From Trueperaceae bacterium (GTDB taxonomy: Bacteria; Deinococcota; Deinococci; Deinococcales; Trueperaceae), in NCBI GenBank assembly GCA_965213925.1, contig OZ243927.1:4320001-4384000 (forward strand): 64,000 nt of DNA, read 5' to 3'. The notes under the pieces were generated by a model. The model saw only the letters and a list, made by a program, of their open reading frames with translations. It searched no databases and was not told the DNA's origin. Below, piece after piece: positions 39,181 to 48,741 of this stretch. Each line of letters starts with the position of its first letter. Within the stretch, counting starts at the first letter, position 1. The translations under genes and the position numbers were made by a program.

Positions 39181-40389
39181 ATGAAGGCGTTAGACAGCCT
39201 CAGGAAAATCAGCACGACGGGCGGGCTCTTCAACATCCTCCGGGAGGTGGACTTGAAGGCGGTGCAGCTCGAGGCTGAGCAGCGCTTCTCCCTACTCATC
39301 TTAGGGGACTACGCCCTCACCCAACCCGTCACCGAGACGCTCTGCGTCGCGAAAGGTGAGGAGCGGGCGGGCTACGTCCACCCCTGGCTCACCCAAGCGC
39401 CTTTTGGCACGGACGACCCAGACGCTGACTTGGCGCTTCTCCTCGTCGCCGCGCCCGCTAAGTCCACCGAACTTTCTGCGGGGTCCACGGCGTTATCTAA
39501 AAAGGCGTCCCCAAAAACCTACACAACGCCGACGCTCGGTGAGGCGGCGACGCAAGCCCTCACGAACCTGGCGCGGCGCGGCGTGCCCGCTGTCGTCGTT
39601 TTCATCGGCGCAGAACACGCGGAGGAAGAGGTTCCCCACAAGCTCGAGGCGGCGCGGGTCCGCTTAGGTAGACCGAGCGCCCCGACGTGGCGCGACGAAG
39701 TCGAAGCGGTGCTCGTGCCGGCGGTTCTGAGCGCTCTCCCTTCTAAGTATCACCTCTCCTTCGCCCGCCACTTGCCCCGCTTCCGGGACGCGGTGATGCG
39801 TGCGCTCATCGACGAGACCTCCCGCGCGAACGCCGTCTACGCCACCTCGACGGGCATTGCGCAAGTCGTCCCCGTCTTAAACATCCCCATCAGCGCCGCC
39901 GACATGGTGGTGCTGACCAAAAACCAGCTCATCATGGCGTATAAGATCGCGCTCGCCTCCGGTAAAAAAGGGCAGCCGCAAGAGGTCATGGGCGAGCTTA
40001 TCGGCGTGCTGGGGGGCGGCTTCCTCTTTCGGCAGGTGGCGCGGCAGCTCATCGGGCTGGTGCCGGTCTGGGGCATCGTACCGAAAGTTGCGGTGTCGTA
40101 CGCGGGCACGTGGGCTATCGGGCAGAGCGTGCAGCTCTGGGCGACGCGGGGCAAGGTGCCTGACCAGGAGGATTTGCGCGGGTTTTATGACGCGGCGTTG
40201 GAGCGCGGCAGAGCGTTCGCTAAGCGGTTGACGAACCGGGGTGAAGAGGCGGAATTAGAGGACGGAGCGGCGGCGGGTGAGTTAGAAGCATCTGACGAGA
40301 AGAGGTGGCGCTTACGACTACCTAATTTCAGACGCACGTCTCCGAAAGTGTCACCCGAGCTGCCGCCTTCGGAAGAGGACGAAATCTAA
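39181..40389 (+). CDS. DUF697-like protein
   Basis: ADMVVLTKNQLIMAYKIA..G, RQVARQLIGLVPVWG, YAGTWAIG. Confidence 0.75.
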   Translation: MKALDSLRKISTTGGLFNILREVDLKAVQLEAEQRFSLLILGDYALTQPVTETLCVAKGEERAGYVHPWLTQAPFGTDDPDADLALLLVAAPAKSTELSAGSTALSKKASPKTYTTPTLGEAATQALTNLARRGVPAVVVFIGAEHAEEEVPHKLEAARVRLGRPSAPTWRDEVEAVLVPAVLSALPSKYHLSFARHLPRFRDAVMRALIDETSRANAVYATSTGIAQVVPVLNIPISAADMVVLTKNQLIMAYKIALASGKKGQPQEVMGELIGVLGGGFLFRQVARQLIGLVPVWGIVPKVAVSYAGTWAIGQSVQLWATRGKVPDQEDLRGFYDAALERGRAFAKRLTNRGEEAELEDGAAAGELEASDEKRWRLRLPNFRRTSPKVSPELPPSEEDEI

Positions 40390-40410
40390 ATCTTTAATCG
40401 GTCTTTACAG

Positions 40411-40428
40411 TATCACCTCAAGGTGATA
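40411..40428. promoter_or_regulatory. Toxin-antitoxin operon operator palindrome between the -35 and -10 boxes
   Basis: tttaca-g-TATCACCTCAAGGTGA-tatatt. Confidence 0.7.
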
Positions 40429-40464
40429 TATTGTTCTCAGGTGATTTATTGATTGTCTTTTGAT

Positions 40465-40818
40465 ATGCCCTACACTATCAACTATTCCAACGAATTCGAG
40501 ATATGGTTCACCAACCTCAGCGAAGTGCTACAAGATGACATTCTCATCACCGTCGGTTTGCTCGAGGAGCACGGTCCTCAGTTGCGACGTCCCTACGCGG
40601 ATACGCTCGAGGGCTCCAGCTTGAGCAATCTCAAGGAGTTGCGGGTGCAACATAGAGGCGAGCCCTACCGCATCCTTTTCGCCTTCGATCCTAGACGTGA
40701 AGCGTTGCTCCTCATCGGAGGCAACAAAGCGAGTGACAAACGTTGGTACAAGCGGATGATACCGCTTGCAGAAGAGATTTTCGAACGATATTTAGCGACT
40801 TTGGAGGATGAGCCATAG
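40465..40818 (+). CDS. Type II toxin, RelE/ParE superfamily (HigB/Gp49-like)
   Basis: GPQLRRPYADTL.GS...LKELRVQH.GEPYRILFAFDPRR...GGNK. Confidence 0.9.
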   Translation: MPYTINYSNEFEIWFTNLSEVLQDDILITVGLLEEHGPQLRRPYADTLEGSSLSNLKELRVQHRGEPYRILFAFDPRREALLLIGGNKASDKRWYKRMIPLAEEIFERYLATLEDEP

Positions 40819-41129
40819 CGAAACCCTACCGCAAACTAATGGAAAATTTTAGCGAGGAGCGTAAAGCGCGTATCGAGCAAAGTCAAAAGCTGCTCCTCAT
40901 GGAATATGACCTCTTATCTCAGCTTCGGAAAGACCGTGATCTAACTCAGAAAGAGCTTGCTGACGTTTTAGAGATTCGTCAATCCGCTATCTCTAAGTTG
41001 GAGAGCCAAGACGACATTATGCTTGGGACTTTAGAGCGTTATATTCACGCTTTGGGTGGCGAGTTGGAGATAAGGGCAAAATTCTCGGATGTGGACGTGA
41101 AGCTCAATCAATTCGTGCGAGGAGCCTGA
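40815..41129 (+). CDS. XRE-family antitoxin (HigA-like); start at ATA 40815 or ATG 40839
   Basis: LTQKELA..LEIRQSAISKLE...TLERYIHALGGELEI. Confidence 0.88.
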   Translation: MAKPYRKLMENFSEERKARIEQSQKLLLMEYDLLSQLRKDRDLTQKELADVLEIRQSAISKLESQDDIMLGTLERYIHALGGELEIRAKFSDVDVKLNQFVRGA

Positions 41130-41195
41130 AGCTCGAGCCCCTCTTCATGTCAAGATGGAGACAGACCAACGCTAAAGTCTGTATCATCCTCTTGT

Positions 41196-41308
41196 TAGCA
41201 GTTCCACCTATCATTGCTGCACTTCTTCGCAGATATCATCACCTAAAGTGCGTACTAAACAATGTTCTCTTTGGTGAGGGTGTAGCTGACCAGCTGATAC
41301 CTGCTATA
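41196..41308 (-). mobile_element. MITE family B copy
   Basis: tagcagttcca...tgatacctgctata; similar to the reverse complement of 38448-38560. Confidence 0.8.
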
Positions 41309-41322
41309 TTAAGGAGACCGAC

Positions 41323-42528
41323 ATGAAACGACTGATCTTTGAAGGGGCGCATGGGGACACGCTAGCGGCGCGGCTCGAGCTGCCGCGAGACAAGCCCGAA
41401 GCCTACGCGCTCTTCGCCCACTGCTTCACCTGCTCGAAGAACCTAAACGCCGCCGTGAACATCAGCCGCGCCTTAGCCGAGGCGGGCATCGCCGTGTTGC
41501 GCTTCGACTTCACGGGTCTGGGCGAGAGCGAGGGCGACTTCGCCGACACGAACTTCTCGTCGAACGTAGACGACTTGGTGGCGGCGGCGGAGTTTTTAGA
41601 GGAGCACTACGACGCGCCGCAACTCCTCGTCGGGCATTCGCTGGGCGGCGCGGCGGTCCTGCAGGCGGCGCACCGTATCCCCTCCGCGAAAGCCGTAGCG
41701 ACGCTGGGCGCACCGAGCGAGCCCGAGCACGTCACCAGACTTCTGGAGAGCAGCCGCGAAGAGATTGAGCGTGAGGGCGTCGCGGAGGTGTCGCTCGCGG
41801 GGCGCGGCTTCACCATCAGAAAGCAGTTTTTAGACGATTTGCGCACCTCGCACATGCGCCGCGTGATTCACAAACTCAACAAGGCGCTGCTCGCGCTTCA
41901 TTCGCCCATCGACAACACGGTAGGTGTGCGGAACGCGGCGGATATCTTCATCACTGCGAAACACCCTAAGAGCTTCGTGTCGCTGGACAACGCGGACCAC
42001 CTCTTGACGAGGGACAGAGACTCCTGCTACGCGGGCGCGGTTATCGCGACGTGGGCGGCGAAGTATCTGGACACGCAGCCACAGCCGACGTGGGCGGACG
42101 ACATCGGCAAGGAGCGCACCGTCGCCCGCACCGAGGAGACCTTCCGCACGGAAGTGCTCACGCACGGCGAGATGCTTTTAGCGGACGAGCCCGAGTCGAT
42201 GGGCGGCACCGACACCGGACCGACGCCGTACGACTACCTCGCCGCCGCGCTGAGTTCTTGCACCTCCATCACGCTGCGCATGTACGCAGACCGCAAGGAG
42301 TGGCCCTTAGAAGCCGTCGAAGTCGAGGTCAAGCACAAGAAAGTCAAGAGCGAGAACGGCAACGGTAAACCCACCCGACACGACCACTTCGACCGCGAAC
42401 TCAAACTTTACGGCGACCTCGACGAGACGCAGCGCAAGCGGCTTTTGGAGATTGCCGAGCGCTGCCCCGTCCACCGCACCTTGGAGTCGCAAGAGGTCGA
42501 AGTCGCTACGAAGCTCGTCGGGGGCTAG
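41323..42528 (+). CDS. Bifunctional alpha/beta hydrolase-OsmC family protein
   Basis: FAHCFTC, GHSLGG, ADHLL, GPTPYD, CPVHRTL. Confidence 0.93.
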   Translation: MKRLIFEGAHGDTLAARLELPRDKPEAYALFAHCFTCSKNLNAAVNISRALAEAGIAVLRFDFTGLGESEGDFADTNFSSNVDDLVAAAEFLEEHYDAPQLLVGHSLGGAAVLQAAHRIPSAKAVATLGAPSEPEHVTRLLESSREEIEREGVAEVSLAGRGFTIRKQFLDDLRTSHMRRVIHKLNKALLALHSPIDNTVGVRNAADIFITAKHPKSFVSLDNADHLLTRDRDSCYAGAVIATWAAKYLDTQPQPTWADDIGKERTVARTEETFRTEVLTHGEMLLADEPESMGGTDTGPTPYDYLAAALSSCTSITLRMYADRKEWPLEAVEVEVKHKKVKSENGNGKPTRHDHFDRELKLYGDLDETQRKRLLEIAERCPVHRTLESQEVEVATKLVGG

Positions 42529-42608
42529 CCGACTAAACCCCGCTTCATGAAAGCGCGACCTCTCGCTCATATTGGGCTCATATAATAGCAGAGACGCCTT
42601 GGGCTAAG

Positions 42609-42810
42609 TACTCCGTCAGCTAAAGAATGAGTGATGTCATTCTGAACGTAGCCCTACGGCGAGCGTAGGATAGACTCCGCGGAGTGAAAGAATCTCTGCA
42701 TTCGCCTTCTTCTCTTACAGAGAGTGCAAGGCGAGACCCCTCGACTACGCAAAGCTACGCTCGGGGTGACATAGTAAGAGGTTATGTCGTAAATCTTGAT
42801 TTATAGAGTA
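42609..42810 (+). mobile_element. Divergent, longer MITE family A copy
   Basis: tactccgtcagctaa...tgtcattctgaacg...aagaatctctg...gagacccctc...ctcggggtgacat...tagagta. Confidence 0.7.
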
Positions 42811-42833
42811 TTGAGTGGAGAGGAACGATAAGA

Positions 42834-43358
42834 ATGAGAAGGGTCAATATAGGGCTGCTATTTGCGCTGCTAGGTCTTCTAGCGGGCTGCGAAATCACGT
42901 TGGTTGACGGCGGACCGTCGCCGAGTCCTAGCGTGGAACGGCTCGAGGTCTACGACGCCCGCTACACCACCAACTACCGCGACCGCAGCGGACGCAACTA
43001 CATCTGCGACAATTTGGAAACACCCTTGACGTACGAGTTTTCCTATGACGGCGACTTGGACTCTTGGAAGCTCTACTTGGAGGGAAGTCGAGGCGGCGTC
43101 ATCGAGTCGAAGCGGTTGACGCCTAGAAGCTCGAGCGTCGAAGTGTCTAAACGTGGTTACATCCGCGACAGGTATGCGATTCCCCGTTACGCGGCACCTC
43201 TGTCTGTACAAACGGATTTAGAGGCGCAAGACATCATCGTCGTCTTCGAACCTTACATCATCGGGGAGAGCAAACTTTACCTCGAGGTGAAAGACGAGTC
43301 GGGGCGCACGAAGACCTTTGAGACTAGGTGGCTACCGATTGCGGATAACTGTCCTTGA
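42834..43358 (+). CDS. Hypothetical lipoprotein
   Basis: Lipobox LLAG|C; GAGGA RBS. Confidence 0.75.
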   Translation: MRRVNIGLLFALLGLLAGCEITLVDGGPSPSPSVERLEVYDARYTTNYRDRSGRNYICDNLETPLTYEFSYDGDLDSWKLYLEGSRGGVIESKRLTPRSSSVEVSKRGYIRDRYAIPRYAAPLSVQTDLEAQDIIVVFEPYIIGESKLYLEVKDESGRTKTFETRWLPIADNCP

Positions 43359-43364
43359 AAAACA

Positions 43365-43443
43365 GCAATGAGCAATGAGGAACGAGCAATGAGTGAAAAC
43401 CAAAAGCCTTTTACTCATTGCTCATTGCTTTTAACTCGTTGCT
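43365..43443. repeat. (AGCAATG)n heptamer repeat with inverted partner between convergent genes
   Basis: agcaatgagcaatgag..agcaatgagt / actcattgctcattgct. Confidence 0.7.
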
Positions 43444-43472
43444 ACTTCTCTAACCGCCTTCAAAACCAAACC

Positions 43473-43970
43473 CTAACGAATCCGGCGTCCCTCGAACGTC
43501 GCGTGAGTCCGCAGATAGCGCAACCAACCACGCAAGCTCAGCGGACCTAAGTCGTTGTGCGGAACGCGCGTCGTTTCGTCGGCGTTGGTCTCCGCCAGAT
43601 ACCGCGCCAACTTGACGGTTTCTTGACGCGTCGTCCTGAATTTGGCGATGAGTTCGTCCCAAGTAGCGGAGTCGGCGGGCTTGTAGGCGTGGTGCGCGTC
43701 GCTGAAGGCGGCTTCGGCGCTGCGCACGCCGCTCTCGCCGCCGTAGCGGACCGCGAGCCATAAGCGGCGCTGCCCCCAGCGTTCGATGCCGATGATGTGG
43801 CGCAAGGTTCGCTTCTGCTCGGGCGTACCTTCGGCTTTCGCGAGACGCGCTTCTAAACGCTGACCGGAGGTCTCCAACTTCTGCGCCATCTGCTCGAACT
43901 TGCGCCGCTTCGCAGGCAACTCAATAAGCACCTGCACGGCTGCGTTTCTGGCTCTCGTCTGAATACTCAT
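43473..43970 (-). CDS. DinB-like hypothetical protein
   Basis: LRHIIGIERWG...HNDLGPLSLRGWLRYL..HA His pattern. Confidence 0.65.
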   Translation of the reverse strand: MSIQTRARNAAVQVLIELPAKRRKFEQMAQKLETSGQRLEARLAKAEGTPEQKRTLRHIIGIERWGQRRLWLAVRYGGESGVRSAEAAFSDAHHAYKPADSATWDELIAKFRTTRQETVKLARYLAETNADETTRVPHNDLGPLSLRGWLRYLRTHATFEGRRIR

Positions 43971-44032
43971 TAGACGACAGTCTATCTGAAAAGAGATGGG
44001 CGCGCACATGGAAAAGCCGACACGCGCAGAGC

Positions 44033-45328
44033 CTAAAGCTCGGGCGGCTGCGCGTCGGCGACGCTGACGCCGCCGCCTAAGCGTTTCGCTTCGTACATCG
44101 CCACGTCCGCGCTGCTCATGAGCGCCCCTAACGTGCCGCCCTCCTCGGGATACTCCGCCACCCCGATGCTCGCGCCGATGCGAACGAGTCGCCCCTGCAC
44201 ATCGAAGGGTTCCGCGAAGGTCTCCAAGTAGCGCTCCCCCACCGTTTGCGCGCCCACGTCGCCCTCGACGAGCGCAACGAATTCGTCGCCGCCTAGACGC
44301 CCTAAGAGGTCACTCGAGCGCACCCTCGCCCTGAAACGCTGCGCCACCTGCACGAGCAAGTCGTCGCCAGCAGCGTGTCCTTGGGTGTCGTTGACCTCTT
44401 TGAAGCCGTCCAAGTCGATATAGATGAGGTGCATCTTGCGCCTATGCCTTCTCGCGAGCGCCAAGAGCGTTTCAGCTTGCTTCTCGAAAAAGAGGCGATT
44501 CGGAAGTTCGGTCAGGGCGTCTTGATACGCGAGTTGCTCCATCATCTGTTCGTTCTTCGTCTGCTCGGTGACATCTTTCATCACGCCGACAAAGCGCCTC
44601 GGCTGCCGCACGGTGCCCTCCCGCTCGAAGTCACATTTTCCCTGCGCGAGCAGCCAGCGCGGTGGGTAGAACTCGGTGGGGCGAAACCTCACCTCGAAGG
44701 TGTTGTCGCTCGCGGGGTTCAGCGCGGCGCGAACTGCGCCCCATACGTCGGCGCGGTCTTTAGGATGGATGCGCTCCAACACCTCTTGGTAGCGCATCCG
44801 CTTGGACACGTTAAGAAGTTCGCGGCAGCGCTCGTCAAAGCGCAGCAGACCCGTTCTCATATCCAGACTCCAAGTGCCTAAGTCGCCCGCCTCGAGCGCA
44901 AACCCGAGCTGCGACTCCCGCTCCTGCAGCGCCACCGTTTCTCGCTTGCGCTGCGTGCTGTCGCGCATAATCTTGGTAAACCCGACGAGCGTATCCGCGT
45001 CGCTATAAAGCGGCGTCACGATGCTCAGCGCCCAGAAGAGGCTGCCGTCCGCCTTGAGGTGCCACCTTTCGTCCTGCGCCCGCCCGGTTTGCTGAGCGAT
45101 GCGCATCTCCTGCTCGGGAAGCCCTACATTACGGTCCACTTCGGTGTAGATGAGATGGAGCTTCTGCCCGACAAAGGACGCTTCGTCGTAACCGAGAACG
45201 CTTCCAACGCCCGGTTGCCAGGTCAAGATCGTTCCGTCCAAGTCGATGACGAAAACAGCGTACGCCTCGAGGTTATCCAGAACGACCTGCTGCCAATTGC
45301 CGAGTTTTTGAGTGAGCGTGCCCTCCAC
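44033..45328 (-). CDS. PAS-PAS-GGDEF diguanylate cyclase
   Basis: KADGSLFWA PAS, DALTELPNR, DLDGFKEVND, RSSDLLGRLGGDEF. Confidence 0.92.
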   Translation of the reverse strand: MEGTLTQKLGNWQQVVLDNLEAYAVFVIDLDGTILTWQPGVGSVLGYDEASFVGQKLHLIYTEVDRNVGLPEQEMRIAQQTGRAQDERWHLKADGSLFWALSIVTPLYSDADTLVGFTKIMRDSTQRKRETVALQERESQLGFALEAGDLGTWSLDMRTGLLRFDERCRELLNVSKRMRYQEVLERIHPKDRADVWGAVRAALNPASDNTFEVRFRPTEFYPPRWLLAQGKCDFEREGTVRQPRRFVGVMKDVTEQTKNEQMMEQLAYQDALTELPNRLFFEKQAETLLALARRHRRKMHLIYIDLDGFKEVNDTQGHAAGDDLLVQVAQRFRARVRSSDLLGRLGGDEFVALVEGDVGAQTVGERYLETFAEPFDVQGRLVRIGASIGVAEYPEEGGTLGALMSSADVAMYEAKRLGGGVSVADAQPPEL

Positions 45329-45410
45329 GCCGTTAGAATATCACCTCATTTGCGAGATAAAATGTTGTGCGTTACGGACCTCTTTGAGAAGTACATCACA
45401 CCAATCGACG

Positions 45411-46169
45411 TCAGCGCGGCAGTTTATCTAAAATCGCGCGGCGCATCACCCTACCCGTGACACCCGGCGCGAGACGTCCCGCGAACGCCACCACCTTGTT
45501 GCTGAAACCGGGCACGAGAACAGGACGCTTGATGCGGACGGCGCGGACGATTTTTTGTGCCAGGACGCCCGGTGGCATCCGGCGGGACTCGAGGCTGTTA
45601 TCTGGGCTATAGCGCGCGGCGTGCGGCGTGCGCGTCGGACCGGGGTAAACGGTGAGCACGTGAACCCCTCGCGGCGCAAGCGCTACCGACAGGCTCCGTG
45701 CGTACGCCGCGAGTCCCGACTTGCTCGCCGCGTAGACCGCCGCGCCAGGGTAGCCGACGAAGTGCGACAGCGATGAGATGAAGACGAGCGAGCTGCCGCG
45801 CTTCAAGACCTCTTCGCTGAGCAGGTGCGCTGTGAGGAGAAGAGGGGCGCGTAAGTTGACCTCGAGCACAGAGCGCTGACGGGAGAGGTCCGAATTTACG
45901 AATGCACCTACATGGTTGATGCCCGCGCTGTGAATGAAGATATCAAGAGGTGAACCTTGTGCGAGTTGAGTAGCGAGCGACTCCAATCCTTCCCTCTCAC
46001 CTAAATCCATTTGGATGAAAGAGAACGACTCCCCGAGTTCTTGCGCTACTGCCCCTAAACCGTTCTCATCACGGTCGATGCCCACGACTTCGAAACCTTC
46101 GGCAACGTACGCCGCCGCGAGCGCGCGCCCGATGCCGCTTGCCGCGCCCGTAACCGCGCACCGCTTCAC
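45411..46169 (-). CDS. SDR family oxidoreductase
   Basis: TGAASGIG, YAASK. Confidence 0.92.
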   Translation of the reverse strand: MKRCAVTGAASGIGRALAAAYVAEGFEVVGIDRDENGLGAVAQELGESFSFIQMDLGEREGLESLATQLAQGSPLDIFIHSAGINHVGAFVNSDLSRQRSVLEVNLRAPLLLTAHLLSEEVLKRGSSLVFISSLSHFVGYPGAAVYAASKSGLAAYARSLSVALAPRGVHVLTVYPGPTRTPHAARYSPDNSLESRRMPPGVLAQKIVRAVRIKRPVLVPGFSNKVVAFAGRLAPGVTGRVMRRAILDKLPR

Positions 46170-46945
46170 CCTTCGGACCTCTTCGCCCGGTACCGCATCA
46201 ACCTATCAAGAGGTCCAGAGAGATGTGTACCCGCAAAGCGCAACGCCTTGTTATTCACGCCAATCGTCACGTCTTTACGGCTACCCGCAATCACCCTAAA
46301 GACCTCTTCCGCCACCTTCTCCGCACTGGGAAACCGCTCGATGTTGAACTTTCCTTTGGGCACGCCGCTCTTCGCGTGCATCTCGGTGCGAATCGCGCCG
46401 GGGTGGATGGTCTGTACTTCCGGCGCACCTCTCGCCTCGAGCCGCAAGTTCCGCGCAAACGCATCTAAAGCCGCTTTGGAGGAGCCGTACGCCGCGTACT
46501 CCGGCGCAGGTACGTCCGCCACGACGGAACTGATAAAGACGACCTTCTTCGTGCGAGCGGCTAGCGCGTGCGTCAGGGCGATGGGGGCGAAGAGGTTGAC
46601 CTCGAGGAGCGCCTCGACCTCTTCGCCCGGATGTTCCTCGACGTCACCGTAGAGCCCGACGCCCGCGTTGTGGATGAGAAGTAGGGGCGCGTCGATTTGG
46701 GCGTGTTGTAGGAACTCGAGGATGACGTCGACCGCGCCAGGTTGCGAGAGGTCCGCCTGGCAGTAGTTTTTAGGTGTGAAGAAAGCGTCTAACTCAGAGA
46801 GAGGTTTGCGCCCGACCAAAACGAGCGGCGCACCTTTAGAGGCGTAGAGGCGAGCTAGCTCGAGACCTAGTCCACTCGTCGCGCCCGTCAGGAGCACCGT
46901 ACCTGATACTGTGCCTGATACCGCACCTGGTACCGCGCCGGGCAT
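46166..46945 (-). CDS. SDR family oxidoreductase
   Basis: TGATSGLG, HNAG, YGSSK. Confidence 0.9.
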   Translation of the reverse strand: MPGAVPGAVSGTVSGTVLLTGATSGLGLELARLYASKGAPLVLVGRKPLSELDAFFTPKNYCQADLSQPGAVDVILEFLQHAQIDAPLLLIHNAGVGLYGDVEEHPGEEVEALLEVNLFAPIALTHALAARTKKVVFISSVVADVPAPEYAAYGSSKAALDAFARNLRLEARGAPEVQTIHPGAIRTEMHAKSGVPKGKFNIERFPSAEKVAEEVFRVIAGSRKDVTIGVNNKALRFAGTHLSGPLDRLMRYRAKRSEG

Positions 46946-46951
46946 CAGCGC

Positions 46952-48097
46952 TTACTTCTCGACTTTGTCTTTTTTATGGTCTTTATGCTTGAAGAGCCCG
47001 CGCAAGCGCCCTAAGAGGTTCTCGTGCTCCTCGATGCCTTCGTCCACCTCGTCGGCGTACGCCTCTAGTAGCTCCCTCGCTTTCGCGCTGAGCCGTTTGG
47101 GAATCTGCACGTCCGCCGTAACGATGAGGTCGCCCACGCCGACTTTCTGCAAGCGGGGCATCCCTTTGCCGCGCAAGCGGAACTCCGTGCCGGGCTGTGT
47201 CCCTGGTGGAACGCTCAGCGCTTCGGGTCCCTCCATCGTCGGAATCTCAAAGGCGCTCCCCAAGGTCGCTTGCGCCAAGCCGAGCGGCAGGGCGTAGCGC
47301 AGGTGGTCGCCGTCCCTGGTGAAGTGGGGGTGAGGCTCCATGTCGATGTAGACGTACAAGTCACCATTTCTCGCGCCGTCGATTCCGGCGTTGCCCTCGT
47401 TCGATAAGCGCAAGCGGTAGCCCGCGTCGATACCTTTAGGCAGGTTGACTTCTACGGATTCTCGCACGCGCTGCCGCCCGCTGCCTACACACTTGCCACA
47501 CGGCGTGATGACGACTTCGCCCAGACCGCGACACTGCGGGCAGACCTGGTTGGTCACAACCGTGCCGAAGAACGACTGCGTCTGCGCGCGCACCTGCCCC
47601 GCGCCGCGACAGGTCGGGCAGGTCTCGCGCCCTTCGCTGCCGGGTTCAGCTCTTTCTCCGTCACAGCGGTCACATACGCCTAAGCGCTCCACCTCTAGGG
47701 GGACGCTCTCCCCTGCCCTCGCTTGCTCCAAGGTAATGCTCAGCGACGCCTCCAAGTCCTCGCCCGGCTGTCCGCGCTGCCGCGTCCTACCAAACCCTGC
47801 TCCGCCGAAGCCGCCGCCCGCCACGCCCCCACCGAAGACCGACGAGAAGATGTCGAAGATGTCGCCGGAAAACGCCGCTTGCGGGTCAGCGGAGCCGTAG
47901 CGGTCGTAGCGCGTGCGCTTCTCCGGGTCGGAGAGGACCGCGTACGCCTCGTTGAGGCTCTTGAAGGTCTCCTCCGCCTCTTTGTCACCGGGGTTCTTGT
48001 CGGGGTGGTAGCGTAGCGCGAGCTTTCGGTACGCGGCTTTGATTTCCTTCGCGTCCGCGCTCTGAGAGACGCCGAGTAGCTCGTAGTAATCTGCCAT
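46952..48097 (-). CDS. dnaJ: Chaperone DnaJ (zinc-finger type)
   Basis: HPD motif and four CxxCxG repeats. Confidence 0.95.
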   Translation of the reverse strand: MADYYELLGVSQSADAKEIKAAYRKLALRYHPDKNPGDKEAEETFKSLNEAYAVLSDPEKRTRYDRYGSADPQAAFSGDIFDIFSSVFGGGVAGGGFGGAGFGRTRQRGQPGEDLEASLSITLEQARAGESVPLEVERLGVCDRCDGERAEPGSEGRETCPTCRGAGQVRAQTQSFFGTVVTNQVCPQCRGLGEVVITPCGKCVGSGRQRVRESVEVNLPKGIDAGYRLRLSNEGNAGIDGARNGDLYVYIDMEPHPHFTRDGDHLRYALPLGLAQATLGSAFEIPTMEGPEALSVPPGTQPGTEFRLRGKGMPRLQKVGVGDLIVTADVQIPKRLSAKARELLEAYADEVDEGIEEHENLLGRLRGLFKHKDHKKDKVEK

Positions 48098-48214
48098 TTG
48101 CGTAGTATAAAGGAGGTACGGGGGTGGGCGGGTAATCCTCGTGCGTGGTGGCGCGGGGGATGTGGAATTGTGTACGTTAGGGATAGCTCGAGTTCGCTAC
48201 TGAAAGGACCCCCG

Positions 48215-48685
48215 ATGAACGACATCACCTTCTCCGGCTTGGACTTCACCAACCTAGAAGAGATCAAAACCATCGCCCGCCTGCACCAAAGTGCCCCGCT
48301 CGAGAACGGTTGGATCGAAGGCTACGAAGTCGAGGAAGCGTCGGTCGAACAGACCTACACCGTTTTGTCGAATTCGTCGGGCAGCGCTAAAACGCACGTG
48401 GTGGTGGCTCGAGACATGGCAGACAACCTCGTGGGCTTTCACTGGGTCAGCGTTTCAGATGAACAGGGCGAAGTATCCGCCCGCATCGAGTCTTTGTGGG
48501 TAGACCAAGGGCATAGACGCAAAGGAGTTGCTAGAGAACTCAAGCGGCTAGGGGAAAATTGGTTGAGGGAGCGCGGCGCTAAGCGTATTACTACAGGCGT
48601 CTTTTACGTGAACAAAGCGATGATCGAGCTTAACCTTAAAGAGGGATTTACCCCTTGGCAGGTGCAGATGACGAAAGAGTTGTGA
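48215..48685 (+). CDS. GNAT acetyltransferase
   Basis: LWVDQGHRRKGVA, N.AMIELN.KEGF; AAGGA RBS. Confidence 0.85.
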   Translation: MNDITFSGLDFTNLEEIKTIARLHQSAPLENGWIEGYEVEEASVEQTYTVLSNSSGSAKTHVVVARDMADNLVGFHWVSVSDEQGEVSARIESLWVDQGHRRKGVARELKRLGENWLRERGAKRITTGVFYVNKAMIELNLKEGFTPWQVQMTKEL

Positions 48686-48741
48686 CCAAGGCATTGGATT
48701 TCGCGCACTGCCTCTACCGAGAAGTCAGCCCTAAACCCGCT

